DNA from: Chloroflexota bacterium
Lineage (GTDB): Bacteria; Chloroflexota; Dehalococcoidia; Dehalococcoidales; UBA2162
DNA: 64,000 nucleotides
Direction: 5' to 3'
NCBI GenBank assembly: GCA_043812795.1
Contig: JBDRLU010000069.1
Span: 31,308 to 95,307, forward strand
Made by a program: the position numbers and the translations under genes. A model generated the notes under the pieces. It had not been told where the DNA came from and ran no database searches. It was given only the letters and a program-made list of their open reading frames with translations. Shown in pieces: positions 26,998 to 37,471 of the stretch; position 1 is the stretch's first letter; each line of letters begins with the position of its first letter.

Positions 26998-28071
26998 ATG
27001 AAAGGCTATCGAGTAGCCATAGTTGGTGCTACCAGCCTGGTCGGACAGGAGCTTATCAAAGTCCTTGAGCAGCGTAACTTTCCGGTGGAGTCAATTAGCC
27101 TGCTGGCGTCGGACCGTTCCGCAGGCAGGAAGATGTTTGTCGCCCACCAGGAAACGGAAGTCAAAGAGACCACTCCGGAGTCTTTTCGCGAAATAGACCT
27201 CGCCTTTTTCTCGGCCGGAGCCGAAACGAGCCGGTATTTTTCACCAATCGCCGCTCAATCAGGAGCCGTGGTCATTGATACCAGCCCTGTTTTTAGAGCG
27301 GAGCCAACTATACCGCTGGTCGTCCCCGAGGTGAACCCGGAAGACATGAAGGAGCATAAGGGGATTGTGGCCAGTCCTAATTGCCTCAGTATCCAGATGG
27401 CCATGGCGTTATACCCGTTGCATAAAGTCAACCCTGTGGGGCACGTTGTTGTCTCGACTTATCAATCGGTCTCGAGCACGGGGGTGGCCGCTGTGGAGGA
27501 ACTCACCAACCAGGCCAAGCTGGTGCTGGAAGGGCAGAATGTCAACCCGCACGTTTACCCCCACCAGATAGCCTTTAATTTGCTGCCCGAAATAGATGTT
27601 TTCCTGGATAATGGCTACACTAAAGAAGAGTGGAAAGTAACCGAGGAAACCAAAAAGATAATGCATGCCAGCGACATGTCTATTTCGGCGACTTGCGTGC
27701 GGGTGCCGGTGTTCGTTGGTCACAGTGAGGCGATACACGTCGAGTTCACTCATCCGATGACTAGAGAAGATGCCCGGCGTATTCTCGCCCAGGCGCCCGG
27801 GGTTAAAGTGCTGGATGACCCGGTGGTTAGTCTCTATCCCCAGCCTTGGTCAGCCACCGGTACCGACGAAGTCTTCGTCGGTCGTATTCGCCAGGATGCT
27901 TCTCACCCGCGCGGTCTGGCGATGTGGATTGTGACGGATAACATGCGTAAGGGAAGCGCCCTGAACGTAGTGCAAATCGCTGAAGAAATGGCCAAAAGAG
28001 ATTGGCTTCATGGGAGAGGGAAAAATGAAAAAAATAGGACGACTGCTGACCGCCATGATAACCCCCTTTGA
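26998..28071 (+). CDS. asd: Aspartate-semialdehyde dehydrogenase
   Basis: VAIVGATSLVGQE..ASPNCLSI..STYQSVSSTG..RVPVFVGHS. The C-terminal tail overlaps the dapA start by 47 nt. Confidence 0.9.
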   Translation: MKGYRVAIVGATSLVGQELIKVLEQRNFPVESISLLASDRSAGRKMFVAHQETEVKETTPESFREIDLAFFSAGAETSRYFSPIAAQSGAVVIDTSPVFRAEPTIPLVVPEVNPEDMKEHKGIVASPNCLSIQMAMALYPLHKVNPVGHVVVSTYQSVSSTGVAAVEELTNQAKLVLEGQNVNPHVYPHQIAFNLLPEIDVFLDNGYTKEEWKVTEETKKIMHASDMSISATCVRVPVFVGHSEAIHVEFTHPMTREDARRILAQAPGVKVLDDPVVSLYPQPWSATGTDEVFVGRIRQDASHPRGLAMWIVTDNMRKGSALNVVQIAEEMAKRDWLHGRGKNEKNRTTADRHDNPL

Positions 28072-28954
28072 TGAAAAGGGGGCGGTGGACTACGAACAAG
28101 CCAAAAAGCTGGCACGGGCTTTACTCGATTCAGGGAGCGAGGGCGTGCTGGTGGTAGGGACTACCGGCGAATCGCCCACGCTTATCCGTACGGAAGAGGT
28201 ACGTCTCTTCCGGGAGATAAAAAAGGTTGTTGCTGGCCGTGGGGCGGTCATTGCCGGGACGGGCAGTAACAGTACCGCCGAAGCTGTAGAAGCCACCAGA
28301 GAAGCCGAACGTGCTGGTGTGGATGCCTGTTTGCTGGTCGTACCTTATTACAACAAACCGACCCAGGAAGGCTTGTACCAGCATTTCAAAACAATTGCCG
28401 ATAGTACCACCCTGCCCTGCATCCTGTATAACGTGCCTTCCCGTACTGTGACCAGTCTGAGTGCCGAGACCGTCATCAAGCTCAGCCGGATAGACAATAT
28501 CATCGGTATCAAAGAAGCCAGCGGCAACCTGGAACAAATCGCCCGGATAATCAGTGGGGCAAAGAAAGACTTTCTGGTCTGGAGCGGCAATGACGGCGAT
28601 ACTCTGCCGATACTGGCCATCGGTGGCTATGGCGTGATTAGTGTTGCCTCACATCTCGTCGGCAACCAGATTAGCGAAATGATTTATAGCTTCATTAATG
28701 GGCGGGTCAACGAAGCTGCCCGGATGCACCGGAGCTTGATGCCCATATTTAGTGCCATGTTTGTTGTCTCTAATCCCATCCCGGTAAAGTATGCCCTCAA
28801 CCAGGTCGGTTTTCGCGTCGGCTCTCCCCGCCCGCCGCTCTGCGAGCCCGATGAAAAATCAGCGGCCGTTATCCGGGAGACGCTTAAGCAATATAAAATC
28901 GACCTGCCTCTGCCGGTAAGCCGCAAGAAGGCGGCCGTTAAGAAGCGGGCCTGA
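28025..28954 (+). CDS. dapA: 4-hydroxy-tetrahydrodipicolinate synthase
   Basis: ITPF..GTTGESPTL..YYNKP..YNVPSRT..IGIKEASG (active-site Lys context). Confidence 0.9.
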   Translation: MKKIGRLLTAMITPFDEKGAVDYEQAKKLARALLDSGSEGVLVVGTTGESPTLIRTEEVRLFREIKKVVAGRGAVIAGTGSNSTAEAVEATREAERAGVDACLLVVPYYNKPTQEGLYQHFKTIADSTTLPCILYNVPSRTVTSLSAETVIKLSRIDNIIGIKEASGNLEQIARIISGAKKDFLVWSGNDGDTLPILAIGGYGVISVASHLVGNQISEMIYSFINGRVNEAARMHRSLMPIFSAMFVVSNPIPVKYALNQVGFRVGSPRPPLCEPDEKSAAVIRETLKQYKIDLPLPVSRKKAAVKKRA

Positions 28955-28959
28955 CCCTC

Positions 28960-29415
28960 TTAAAAATAAAGACTAAAGCTATGGGCAGAGATAGTGAAGC
29001 CCAAGGAACGATAGAATTCGTGCGCTTCGTGACGCTTAATGTTACTACTCAAGCTAATTTTGTAGCAGCCTGCTTTGCTTGCCTGTTCCACCGCGTAGTC
29101 CATTAGCTTCTTGCCTAAACCTTGTCCTTGGTATCTGTGGTCAACGACTACATTCTCCACCACTGCCCACGGTAAACCGCCATGGGCCAGATTAGGCGCG
29201 ATGAGAAGCTCCAGTGTCCCCACGACTACGCCCTCATGCTCAACAACGACAAGCTGGTAGCCGGGCATGGCCTTGATTTCAGCAAAAACCCGGCGATAAT
29301 CGTCTGGAGAAGGAGACCGTTGCTCTTCCGCCGGAGCGGTGGTAATCGCCAGTTCCCGGTAAAGTTCAATAATGCGGGGGATATCTGCCTCTCTTGCCAG
29401 TCGGACTATAGCCAT
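28960..29415 (-). CDS. GNAT family N-acetyltransferase
   Basis: The acetyl-CoA-binding motif is RYQGQGLGKKLM. Confidence 0.8.
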   Translation of the reverse strand: MAIVRLAREADIPRIIELYRELAITTAPAEEQRSPSPDDYRRVFAEIKAMPGYQLVVVEHEGVVVGTLELLIAPNLAHGGLPWAVVENVVVDHRYQGQGLGKKLMDYAVEQASKAGCYKISLSSNIKRHEAHEFYRSLGFTISAHSFSLYF

Positions 29416-29448
29416 TTTTAACTCCAGGTCGAAACTTCCGGCATCAGA

Positions 29449-30750
29449 CTATGGCTTGAGCTGGCTGAAAACAGCTTTACGCTCAATAGTCTGTTCGCGC
29501 TCCGCCCCAACCGAGATAATGCTGACCGGGCAACCGGCCAACTCTTCTAATCTGGACACATACTGGCGGGCTTGTGGCGGTAACTGTTCGAAGTTACGGA
29601 TATCGCTGGTTGGCGTCTGCCAGCCGGGTAGCTCTTCATAGACCGGCTGGCACTTGCCTAGAGCGGTGATACTGGCGGGAAAATTATCGACCGTTTTGCC
29701 CTCCAACTTGTAGCTCACGCATATTTTCAGCCGTGGTAACGAATCGAGGATGTCCAACCGGGTAAGAGCGATGTCCGTGTAGCCATTTACCCGGGTGCTA
29801 AAACGGCCGGCAACGGCATCGAACCAGCCGCAGCGACGCGGCCGGCCGGTCGTGGCGCCGTACTCCTGAGCGCGTTCCCGGATTAAATCGCCCGTGGCAT
29901 CGGTAAGTTCCGTCGGCATCGGCCCGCCGCCGACTCGAGTGCAATAAGCCTTGAATACGCCGACGATGGCGTTTATCTTGGTCGGTCCGATACCGGCACC
30001 GACGCAGCCTCCGCCCGCCAGCGGTGAGGAGGAAGTAGTATAAGGATAAGTGCCGAAGTCAACATCCAGCAAGGTTCCCTGTGCCCCTTCCAGAAGCACC
30101 GGCTCCCCTTTGCTCACCGCTTCCTCAATCATGACCGTTGTCTCACGGATGTGGGGGGCGAGGCGGTCGGCATACCGGCAATATTTGTTGTAGACCCCAT
30201 CGAGTGAGAGCGGGGTTGCCCCATAAACTTTGGTTATAATGTTATTCTTACCCTCGAGAACCTGGTGCAGCCGTTCCCGGAAAGCGTCTCTTTCTAACAG
30301 GTCGCCCGCCCGGATACCCTGACGGGCTGTTTTATCGGCAAAGGCCGGACCGATACCCCGGCCGGTGGTGCCCAGTGCCCCGCCGCCCCTAGACTTCTCT
30401 TCCAGGCCGTCGAGGAGGACGTGGTACGGCATAATCAGGTGGGCGCGGTCGCTGATAAAAAGCCGGCTGGTATCTACACCACGCTCTTTCACCTGGTCGA
30501 TTTCGCCCAGGAGTACCTCGGGATTAATGGCAACACCGTTACCGATGATGCAGGTCGTATGGGGATAAAAAATGCCTGAGGGAACGAGATGTAGTTTGAA
30601 CTCGCCATAGTGGTTAATGACCGTATGGCCGGCATTATCGCCTCCGGAAAAGCGTACCACCAGCCTGGCCCTTTCGGCCAGCATGTCAACCACCTTGCCT
30701 TTCCCCTCATCACCCCATTGAGCTCCGACGGCTGCAACGACTGACATCAT
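29449..30750 (-). CDS. purA: Adenylosuccinate synthase
   Basis: GAQWGDEGKGKVVD..GGDNAGHT..TTGRGIGP..GTTGRPRRCGW. Confidence 0.92.
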   Translation of the reverse strand: MMSVVAAVGAQWGDEGKGKVVDMLAERARLVVRFSGGDNAGHTVINHYGEFKLHLVPSGIFYPHTTCIIGNGVAINPEVLLGEIDQVKERGVDTSRLFISDRAHLIMPYHVLLDGLEEKSRGGGALGTTGRGIGPAFADKTARQGIRAGDLLERDAFRERLHQVLEGKNNIITKVYGATPLSLDGVYNKYCRYADRLAPHIRETTVMIEEAVSKGEPVLLEGAQGTLLDVDFGTYPYTTSSSPLAGGGCVGAGIGPTKINAIVGVFKAYCTRVGGGPMPTELTDATGDLIRERAQEYGATTGRPRRCGWFDAVAGRFSTRVNGYTDIALTRLDILDSLPRLKICVSYKLEGKTVDNFPASITALGKCQPVYEELPGWQTPTSDIRNFEQLPPQARQYVSRLEELAGCPVSIISVGAEREQTIERKAVFSQLKP

Positions 30751-31361
30751 TCCCTCCCAGACTTATTCCCTTTTCGGGTCTGGCGCCAGACATAGACCAG
30801 TCTCTGGCCTACGGTAATAAAACTGAAGAGCGTCATAATAACAAGAGCAGTAACGAGAGCGTAATTGACCCGATATAACAACAGACCCACGGCCAGTATT
30901 ATTACCCGCTCGGTACGGGTGAATATTCCGACCTGGCATTCCAGGCCGGCACCCTCCGCCCGGGCCCGAATATAGCTTACCAGAAATGAACCGAGCAGGG
31001 TGACACCGACGAGTAATATCTTGGGCACTGAGCCTTCGACGGCGTAGATTGCCAAAATACCGAGTAGTGGTATGGCATCAGCCACGCGGTCGAGCGTAGA
31101 ATCAAGGACACCCCCGAAAATGGTGGTCCGCTGTGTGGTGCGCGCCAGCGCCCCATCCAGGATATCGAAGAAACCACCGACCAGGACGATGATACCACCG
31201 ACTACAGGATAACCGGTGGCGATAACCACACCTGCTGCCAGAGTCAGAACGAGCCCGAACCAGGTTATTTGATTGGGTGTTATGGCCGTTCTCGCCAGTA
31301 GATTGATAACAGACTGGGTGAGAGCTCCAGCCAAAGTCTTGCGAATATTCTGCAACTTCAT
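30747..31361 (-). CDS. CDP-alcohol phosphatidyltransferase (phosphatidylinositol-phosphate synthase-like)
   Basis: DILDGALARTTQRTTIFGGVLDSTLDRVAD matches D(x)2DG(x)2AR..G(x)3D(x)3D. The ATGA overlap with purA is 4 nt. The ORF track start at 31406 would overlap the upstream gene by 26 nt. Confidence 0.8.
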   Translation of the reverse strand: MKLQNIRKTLAGALTQSVINLLARTAITPNQITWFGLVLTLAAGVVIATGYPVVGGIIVLVGGFFDILDGALARTTQRTTIFGGVLDSTLDRVADAIPLLGILAIYAVEGSVPKILLVGVTLLGSFLVSYIRARAEGAGLECQVGIFTRTERVIILAVGLLLYRVNYALVTALVIMTLFSFITVGQRLVYVWRQTRKGNKSGRE

Positions 31362-31380
31362 CCCTTGACTCTTCACTATA

Positions 31381-32520
31381 TCAAGCCTTGTTCTGTCGTG
31401 TTTCATTTAATACTTGCGTATAGAAATCGAAGATACGGCGGGCAACGCGCTCCCAGCCATACTCTTCAACTTTAAGCTTGGCCCTTTCGCCCATTTGCCG
31501 CTGGAGAGTCGTATCCTTCATCAGGGAAATCAGCGTTTGGGCCAACTGATGACTATCACGCGGCGGGACGAGTAAACCCTCCGAACCGTGAGTGACGACA
31601 CTGGCATAGCCCTCGATATTGCTGGCGACAATAGGTTTGCCGAGAGCCATCGCCTCGAGCAGTATGATGCCAAAACTCTCCCGGCTGGTCGCTGGCGCGC
31701 AGAAAATATCGGCGGTCTGGTAATAGCGCGGGAGGTCGGCATCGGAGACGTAACCGATAAAAACGACGTCCTTCAGGCCGCTCTTCTTGACCCAGCCTTC
31801 GTACTTCTTGCGCAGGCGGGTGCCCGGGCCGACGGCAATGAGCCGTGAGTTAGGAATTTCCTGCTTGACCTTGTGATAAGCTTGAATCAGGTAACCCAAT
31901 CCCTTACGGCGTTCGAGGCGCCCGACAAAGAGAATGTTCTTCTTACCGTCGGAGAATTCCGGGATAGGCGTAACCTTCGGGGAAAAACGGGTCAGGTCAA
32001 CCCCGTTGGGAATAATAGCGTAATCACCCGGAACGTACTTGCGGGCAAAGTCCATCGCCGGTTTGGAGACGGCAATCTTACCGTCTAGCCGGCGGGACCG
32101 CCGCCATACCAGGATATTGGTGATAGGCCAGAATAAATTATAGCCCGGGCTACCGTGACAGGCATGGAAAGTCCCGATATTGGTGGAATCGGAAAAGCGC
32201 AATACCGCCGAACAGAGCATGGGCATGAAAGGCTCGTGCAAATGGACAATATCGAATTTTTCTTTAGCCAGGACTTCCTTTATCGTGGAAGCAAGCCGCA
32301 CCGATAAGGAAATGCGAACGATAGAGCCACTGCTCGGCAGCGGGCGGGGCTTACCGATGGGAATAAACCTATCGCCGAAGACAGAGACAGCCCGGGATAC
32401 CGGAGCAATGACCCGGACGTCGTGTCCCATCTGGGTAAGACGCTCTTCCAGCGCTGCAATATGATTGGCCACGCCTCCCGGGTAAGCAAAATCGTAAGGA
32501 GAGACCAGCGCTATTTTCAT
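31381..32520 (-). CDS. GT4 glycosyltransferase, PimA-like
   Basis: MKIALVSPYDFAYPGGVANH..FDIVHLHEP..IIPNGVD..FVGRLERRKG..ESFGIILLEAMALGKPIVAS is collinear with my recollection of mycobacterial PimA. Confidence 0.75.
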   Translation of the reverse strand: MKIALVSPYDFAYPGGVANHIAALEERLTQMGHDVRVIAPVSRAVSVFGDRFIPIGKPRPLPSSGSIVRISLSVRLASTIKEVLAKEKFDIVHLHEPFMPMLCSAVLRFSDSTNIGTFHACHGSPGYNLFWPITNILVWRRSRRLDGKIAVSKPAMDFARKYVPGDYAIIPNGVDLTRFSPKVTPIPEFSDGKKNILFVGRLERRKGLGYLIQAYHKVKQEIPNSRLIAVGPGTRLRKKYEGWVKKSGLKDVVFIGYVSDADLPRYYQTADIFCAPATSRESFGIILLEAMALGKPIVASNIEGYASVVTHGSEGLLVPPRDSHQLAQTLISLMKDTTLQRQMGERAKLKVEEYGWERVARRIFDFYTQVLNETRQNKA

Positions 32521-32635
32521 CGATCAACGTCCCGAACTAGCTTCAGCTTCATACCCACCACCTGAAGAGTAATGGACAAAGTTGAACCCACCGCTAACGT
32601 ATTCAGTCTCTCAAGCGGGCATCGCTCGGGAAAGA

Positions 32636-33745
32636 TTAACCTTTCGCCTTACTTTTAGTAGTGGTCTTTTTGGGTGCATTGGCGGCGATGTACTCTTCTA
32701 CCTTATCACGCGCCTCGTAATCTGCGAATTGTACCGGCGGTGATTTCATAAAGTAGGAAGAAGGCCCCACCAGTGCCCCCTTCAACCCACGGTCGAGGGC
32801 CAGCTTGACGCAGCGGATGGCATCGATGACCACACCTGCCGAGTTGGGGCTATCCCACACTTCCAGCTTCATGTCTAGGTTCAAGGGTACGTCACCGAAG
32901 GTACGCCCTTCCATCTTGATGTGGCAGAACTTGCGGTCGAGCAGCCAGGGCACGTAATCACTCGGCCCGACATGGATGTCATCCTGGTTCATCTTATAGG
33001 GTAACTGGGAAGTAACCGAGTTCGTCTTGGAAATTTTCTTGGACTCGAGCCGTTCCCGCTCCAGCATATTAAGAAAGTCGGTATTGCCGCCGAAGTTCAA
33101 CTGGTAGGTGTGTTCCAGCTTGACGCCACGCTCGACGAACAGGCGGGTGAGCACGCGATGCACGATAGTGGCGCCGACCTGGGATTTGACGTCATCGCCG
33201 ATAACCGGCAGGCCATGCTCCGCGAAACGGTCACTCCAGTCTTTGTGACTGGCGATAAAGACTGGAATACAGTTGACCATCCCGCAGCCGGCCTGCAGTA
33301 TCTGCTCAACGTACCATTTGGTGGCCGATTCGCTGCCTACAGGTAGATAGTTCAACACGACATCGGTCTTGGTATCCTTCAGGATTTGCACGATATTGGC
33401 CGTGGAGCCGGGGGCTTTTTGGATTATTTCCGAGAGATACTTGCCGAGGCCATCGTGCGTCATGCCCCTCTGTACCTTAACGCCGGTCACCGGCACGTCG
33501 CAGAACTTGTAAGTATTATTGGGCAGGGTATAAATTGCCTGGGCTAAGTCCTTGCCTACTTTGTTCTTATCGATATCGAAGGCAGCCACAAAATTGATAT
33601 CGCTGATATGGTAGCCGCCGAGGTTGACATGCATAATGCCGGGTATCTGCTCATGTTCTTTGGCGTTCTTGTAGTAGTGCACGCCCTGGACGAGCGATGA
33701 GGCACAATTACCAACGCCGATAATAGCGACGTTAATTTTTCCCAT
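32636..33745 (-). CDS. ino1: myo-inositol-1-phosphate synthase
   Basis: [16 protein letters not shown]..the archaeal/bacterial short MIPS pattern..[23 protein letters not shown]. Confidence 0.85.
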   Translation of the reverse strand: MGKINVAIIGVGNCASSLVQGVHYYKNAKEHEQIPGIMHVNLGGYHISDINFVAAFDIDKNKVGKDLAQAIYTLPNNTYKFCDVPVTGVKVQRGMTHDGLGKYLSEIIQKAPGSTANIVQILKDTKTDVVLNYLPVGSESATKWYVEQILQAGCGMVNCIPVFIASHKDWSDRFAEHGLPVIGDDVKSQVGATIVHRVLTRLFVERGVKLEHTYQLNFGGNTDFLNMLERERLESKKISKTNSVTSQLPYKMNQDDIHVGPSDYVPWLLDRKFCHIKMEGRTFGDVPLNLDMKLEVWDSPNSAGVVIDAIRCVKLALDRGLKGALVGPSSYFMKSPPVQFADYEARDKVEEYIAANAPKKTTTKSKAKG

Positions 33746-33956
33746 AATTAGTTTACTCCCCCTTTCTTCGTAAAGAAGACTAGTTATAACCCACGTGGCA
33801 CTATACCCTTTTTATATACGAACTGTCAAGGTTTGTGAGTTACGCTGAGAGTATTTAAATTTTTGATTAGTCCATTATTTCCCCTTGTAAAAATAGCCCC
33901 GAAAATACTCCCTTGTGCTATAATTACTGAGTTAAAACGCTGCGTCAGGAAAAAGC

Positions 33957-36900
33957 ATGTTCACTCATCTTCATGTCCATTCCGAGTACAGTCTGCTTGA
34001 CGGTATGTGCCGTATCCCGCAACTGGTGGCACGGGCTAAAGAACTTGGCATGGACAGCCTGGCCATAACCGACCACGGCGTGATGCACGGTGCCATTCAA
34101 TTTTATTCCGAGGCGAGGGAAGCTGGCATTAAACCGATTATCGGCTGCGAAGTTTACGTCGCCCCGGGTAGCCGCCTCGACCATAATGCCGGCGATAAAA
34201 ACAACTACCATCTGGTGTTGCTGGCCAAGAACCAGACCGGATACCGTAATTTAATCCAGCTTACCACCAGGGCCCACCTCGAGGGCTTTTACTATAAACC
34301 GCGCATCGATAAGGAACTGCTGCAGCAATACCATCAAGGCCTGGTCGGACTCTCCGCCTGTATCGCCGGTGAGGTTCCCGGTCTTATCCTGCAGGGCAGG
34401 CTCGACGAAGCCAAACAAGCGGCTTTATGGTATAAGGAAACCCTCGGTGATTTCTATCTGGAAGTGCAGCGGCATCCGATGCCGGAGCTCGACCAGATAA
34501 ATCGAGGTCTTATTCCGCTCAGTGCTGAGCTCGGTATTCCACTGGTGGCGAGCAACGATGTCCATTACATTAACCAGCGGGATGCTTCCTCCCACGACTT
34601 AATTATGTGTATCGGCACCAACTCAACCGTTAATGACGAGAAACGGATGAGAATGGCCGGGGACTTCTTCTATCTCAAAAGTCCCCAGGAAATGGCCGAG
34701 CTTTACCGCGACCTCCCTGAGGCGCTGGCTAACACCGAACGTATTGCCGAGATGTGCAATCTCAAGTTGGAGTTCGGCCGGCTGCATCTACCCGAAATAG
34801 AGCTGCCTGAAGGTAAGACTCCCGATGAGTACCTCAGTGACTTGTGTCATCAAGGGTTAGCTCAGTACTATCCCAACCCAACGCAAGAAATAAGAGAGCG
34901 GCTCAACTATGAACTGGATGTCATCAACAAGACCCAGTTTGCCAACTACTTTCTAGTAGTTTGGGATATTATCGCATTTGTAAAGAAACAGAAAATTCTC
35001 TTTGGTGTCCGAGGCAGCGCGGCGGCGAGCATCGTCTTGCATTGCCTGGGTATTACGGAAATCGACCCGATTCCGAATAAGCTCGTTTTCGAGCGCTTTC
35101 TTAATATCGAGCGTCGGGAAATGCCCGATTCGATATGGACTTTGAAGACACGCGCCGCGATGAAGTTATTGCGTATGTTTCCCAGAAATACGGGCAAGAC
35201 CATGTAGCCCAGATTATTACCTTCGGTACGCTGGGTGCCCGGGCTGCTCTCCGCGACGTCGGACGGGCTCTGGGCATGTCCTACGGAGATGTTGACCGTA
35301 TTGTCCGGATGGTCCCCTTTGCCCTTGGTATAACCCTGGAACGGGCGTTGAAGGAAAATAACGAACTGAAGACTATTTATGACGCAGATAAGATTGTTCG
35401 CAATCTTATCGATTCGGCACGGAGATTGGAAGGTATTTCCCGCCATGCCAGCACTCACGCTGCCGGTGTGGTTATCTCTAAAGAACCGCTCACCCGGTAT
35501 GTGCCGTTGCAGCGGGCGAGTAAGGGTAACGGCGATGCCTTGGTCATGACCCAGTTCAGTATGGAAGACATCGCCAAAATCGGCCTTCTGAAGATGGACT
35601 TTCTCGGTCTGGCTAACCTCAGCCTGTTAGGTAAAGCCAAAGAAATCATTACGCGGGAACGGGGCGTTGAGATTGACCTGCATAACCTGCCTATGGACAA
35701 TGCCAAGACTTTCCAGCTTCTCTCTTCGGGAGAAACCGCCGGTGTTTTCCAGCTGGAAGGTTCCGGCATGCGGCGGTATATCAAAGACCTTAAACCGACC
35801 GTCTTCAGTGATGTGGCCGCTATGGTTGCCCTCTACCGCCCGGGGCCGATGGAGCATATCCCCACTTTTATCAAGGCCAAACATGGTATCGAGGCCGTCC
35901 GTTATCCCCACCCCGCTTTAGAGAGTATCCTCAAGGAAACTTACGGTGTCATCGTCTACCAGGAGCAAGTGTTATTTATCGTGCGGGCTCTGGCGGGATA
36001 TAGCCTGGGGCAAGCCGATATTTTCCGCAAAGCGATGGGGAAGAAGATTCCTGAAGTTATGCAGAAAGAAAAACAGAATTTTCTGGCCGGAGCCGGGAAG
36101 AAGGGATTTTCGGCCGAGGTGGCATCGCAGATATTTTCCCTTATCGAGCCTTTCGCCGGCTATGCTTTTAACAAGGCTCACGCCTTTAGCTATGCCCTCA
36201 TCGCCTACCAGACGGCTTATCTCAAGGCCAATTATCCGGTAGAATATATTACCGCCTTTCTGATGACCAATGCCGGTCAGGCGGAAAAAGTGGCCAGCGG
36301 CGTTGCCGAGTGCCGGCGCCTGGGTATTAACGTGTTACCACCCGATGTAAACCGTAGCTCGGCTAACTTCTCTATCGAACGCGATACTGACCGGGCTGCC
36401 GCTATCCGCTTTGGCCTGGCTAATATCAAGAACGTAGGGATTGGGGCCATCGAACCGGTTATTGCCGAGCTCATTCAAGGCGGTGAGTTTAAATCTATTG
36501 AGGACTTCTGCCGCCGTAGCGACCCACGGGGGATAAATAAGCGGGTGATGGAAAGCCTGATTAAAGCCGGTGCCTTCGATTCTCTTGGTAAAAGAGGCCC
36601 GCTGCTAGAGAACCTCAATAATATTCTGGGTCTGGCGCAAAAAGAGCAACGTTTGCGGGAAACCGGCCAGTCCACCATGTTTGACCTCTGGGGAGCGACT
36701 GTTCCCGTTCCGCTCCCCAGTCTCGATTTGGATATTGAAGATGTTACCGCCCAGGAGAAATCAACTTGGGAAAAAGAGCTGCTGGGGGTCTCGTTTTCCA
36801 AGCAACTGTTCAGTCTGGGCAAGGTCGACCCGGGAACAACACTCTGCGGAGAAATTGATGCCGAATTAGCCGGGCAGGCAGTTACGGTAGTGGGCGAAGT

Positions 36901-37447
36901 AGCGATGGTAACCTCATCTTTCACCCGGGACCGCCGTCCTTTTATCACCGCAACGCTGGAAGATATTAGCGGTCGGCTGGAGGTCATGGTCTGGCCGAGA
37001 GTCTTTGAGAGCACGGGTGAGTTGTGGCATGAGGGTAATGTCCTGCGTGTCGAGGGTAAAGTGAGGGTCAGGGACGACCGGATGCAAATGAGCTGTGATA
37101 AGGCTGAGCCTTATGAACCGGAAGCTCAGAAACAGCCGGTGCCAGCGCCTAAATCTGAGACACGTGCGGCGAAAAACCCTTCACCTGAGGTCGTGCTTCC
37201 GAAACACCGGCTGGTAATCAGCATTGCCCAGACGAGCGACGAGAAGAGCGACGAGACCTACTTACAGAGAGTTTTTAACATTATTAAAGAATTCCCCGGC
37301 GACGATGAAGTCAGTTTGAAAGTCAATATTGACGAAAGTGTACATAACCTGAGGTTGACGACCGCACGTTGCTGTTCGGAACTCGAACAGCAACTGGCGG
37401 AGGTGGTCGGGCCGGATGGGCTGAGAGTGGAAACTATTATTCCCTAG
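33957..37447 (+). pseudogene. dnaE: DNA polymerase III alpha subunit (DnaE). The frame is broken by an apparent 1-nt deletion at 35130/35131; this may be an authentic frameshift or a sequence error.
   Basis: ORFs 33957..35207 (PHP domain, frame 0) and 35135..37447 (palm/fingers/OB, frame 2) are collinear with one roughly 1163-aa DnaE. The junction reads ATG CCC GAT TC GAT ATG GAC. Confidence 0.85.
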
Positions 37448-37471
37448 TGAGGTCAGCCAAGAAGGAAAGCA

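Noticed and set aside
35121-35137. Programmed -1 ribosomal frameshift in dnaE, by analogy with dnaX.
   Set aside because: There is no X XXY YYZ slippery heptamer (the context is C CCG ATT CGA), and I saw no obvious downstream stimulatory hairpin. A one-T homopolymer loss is a simpler explanation.
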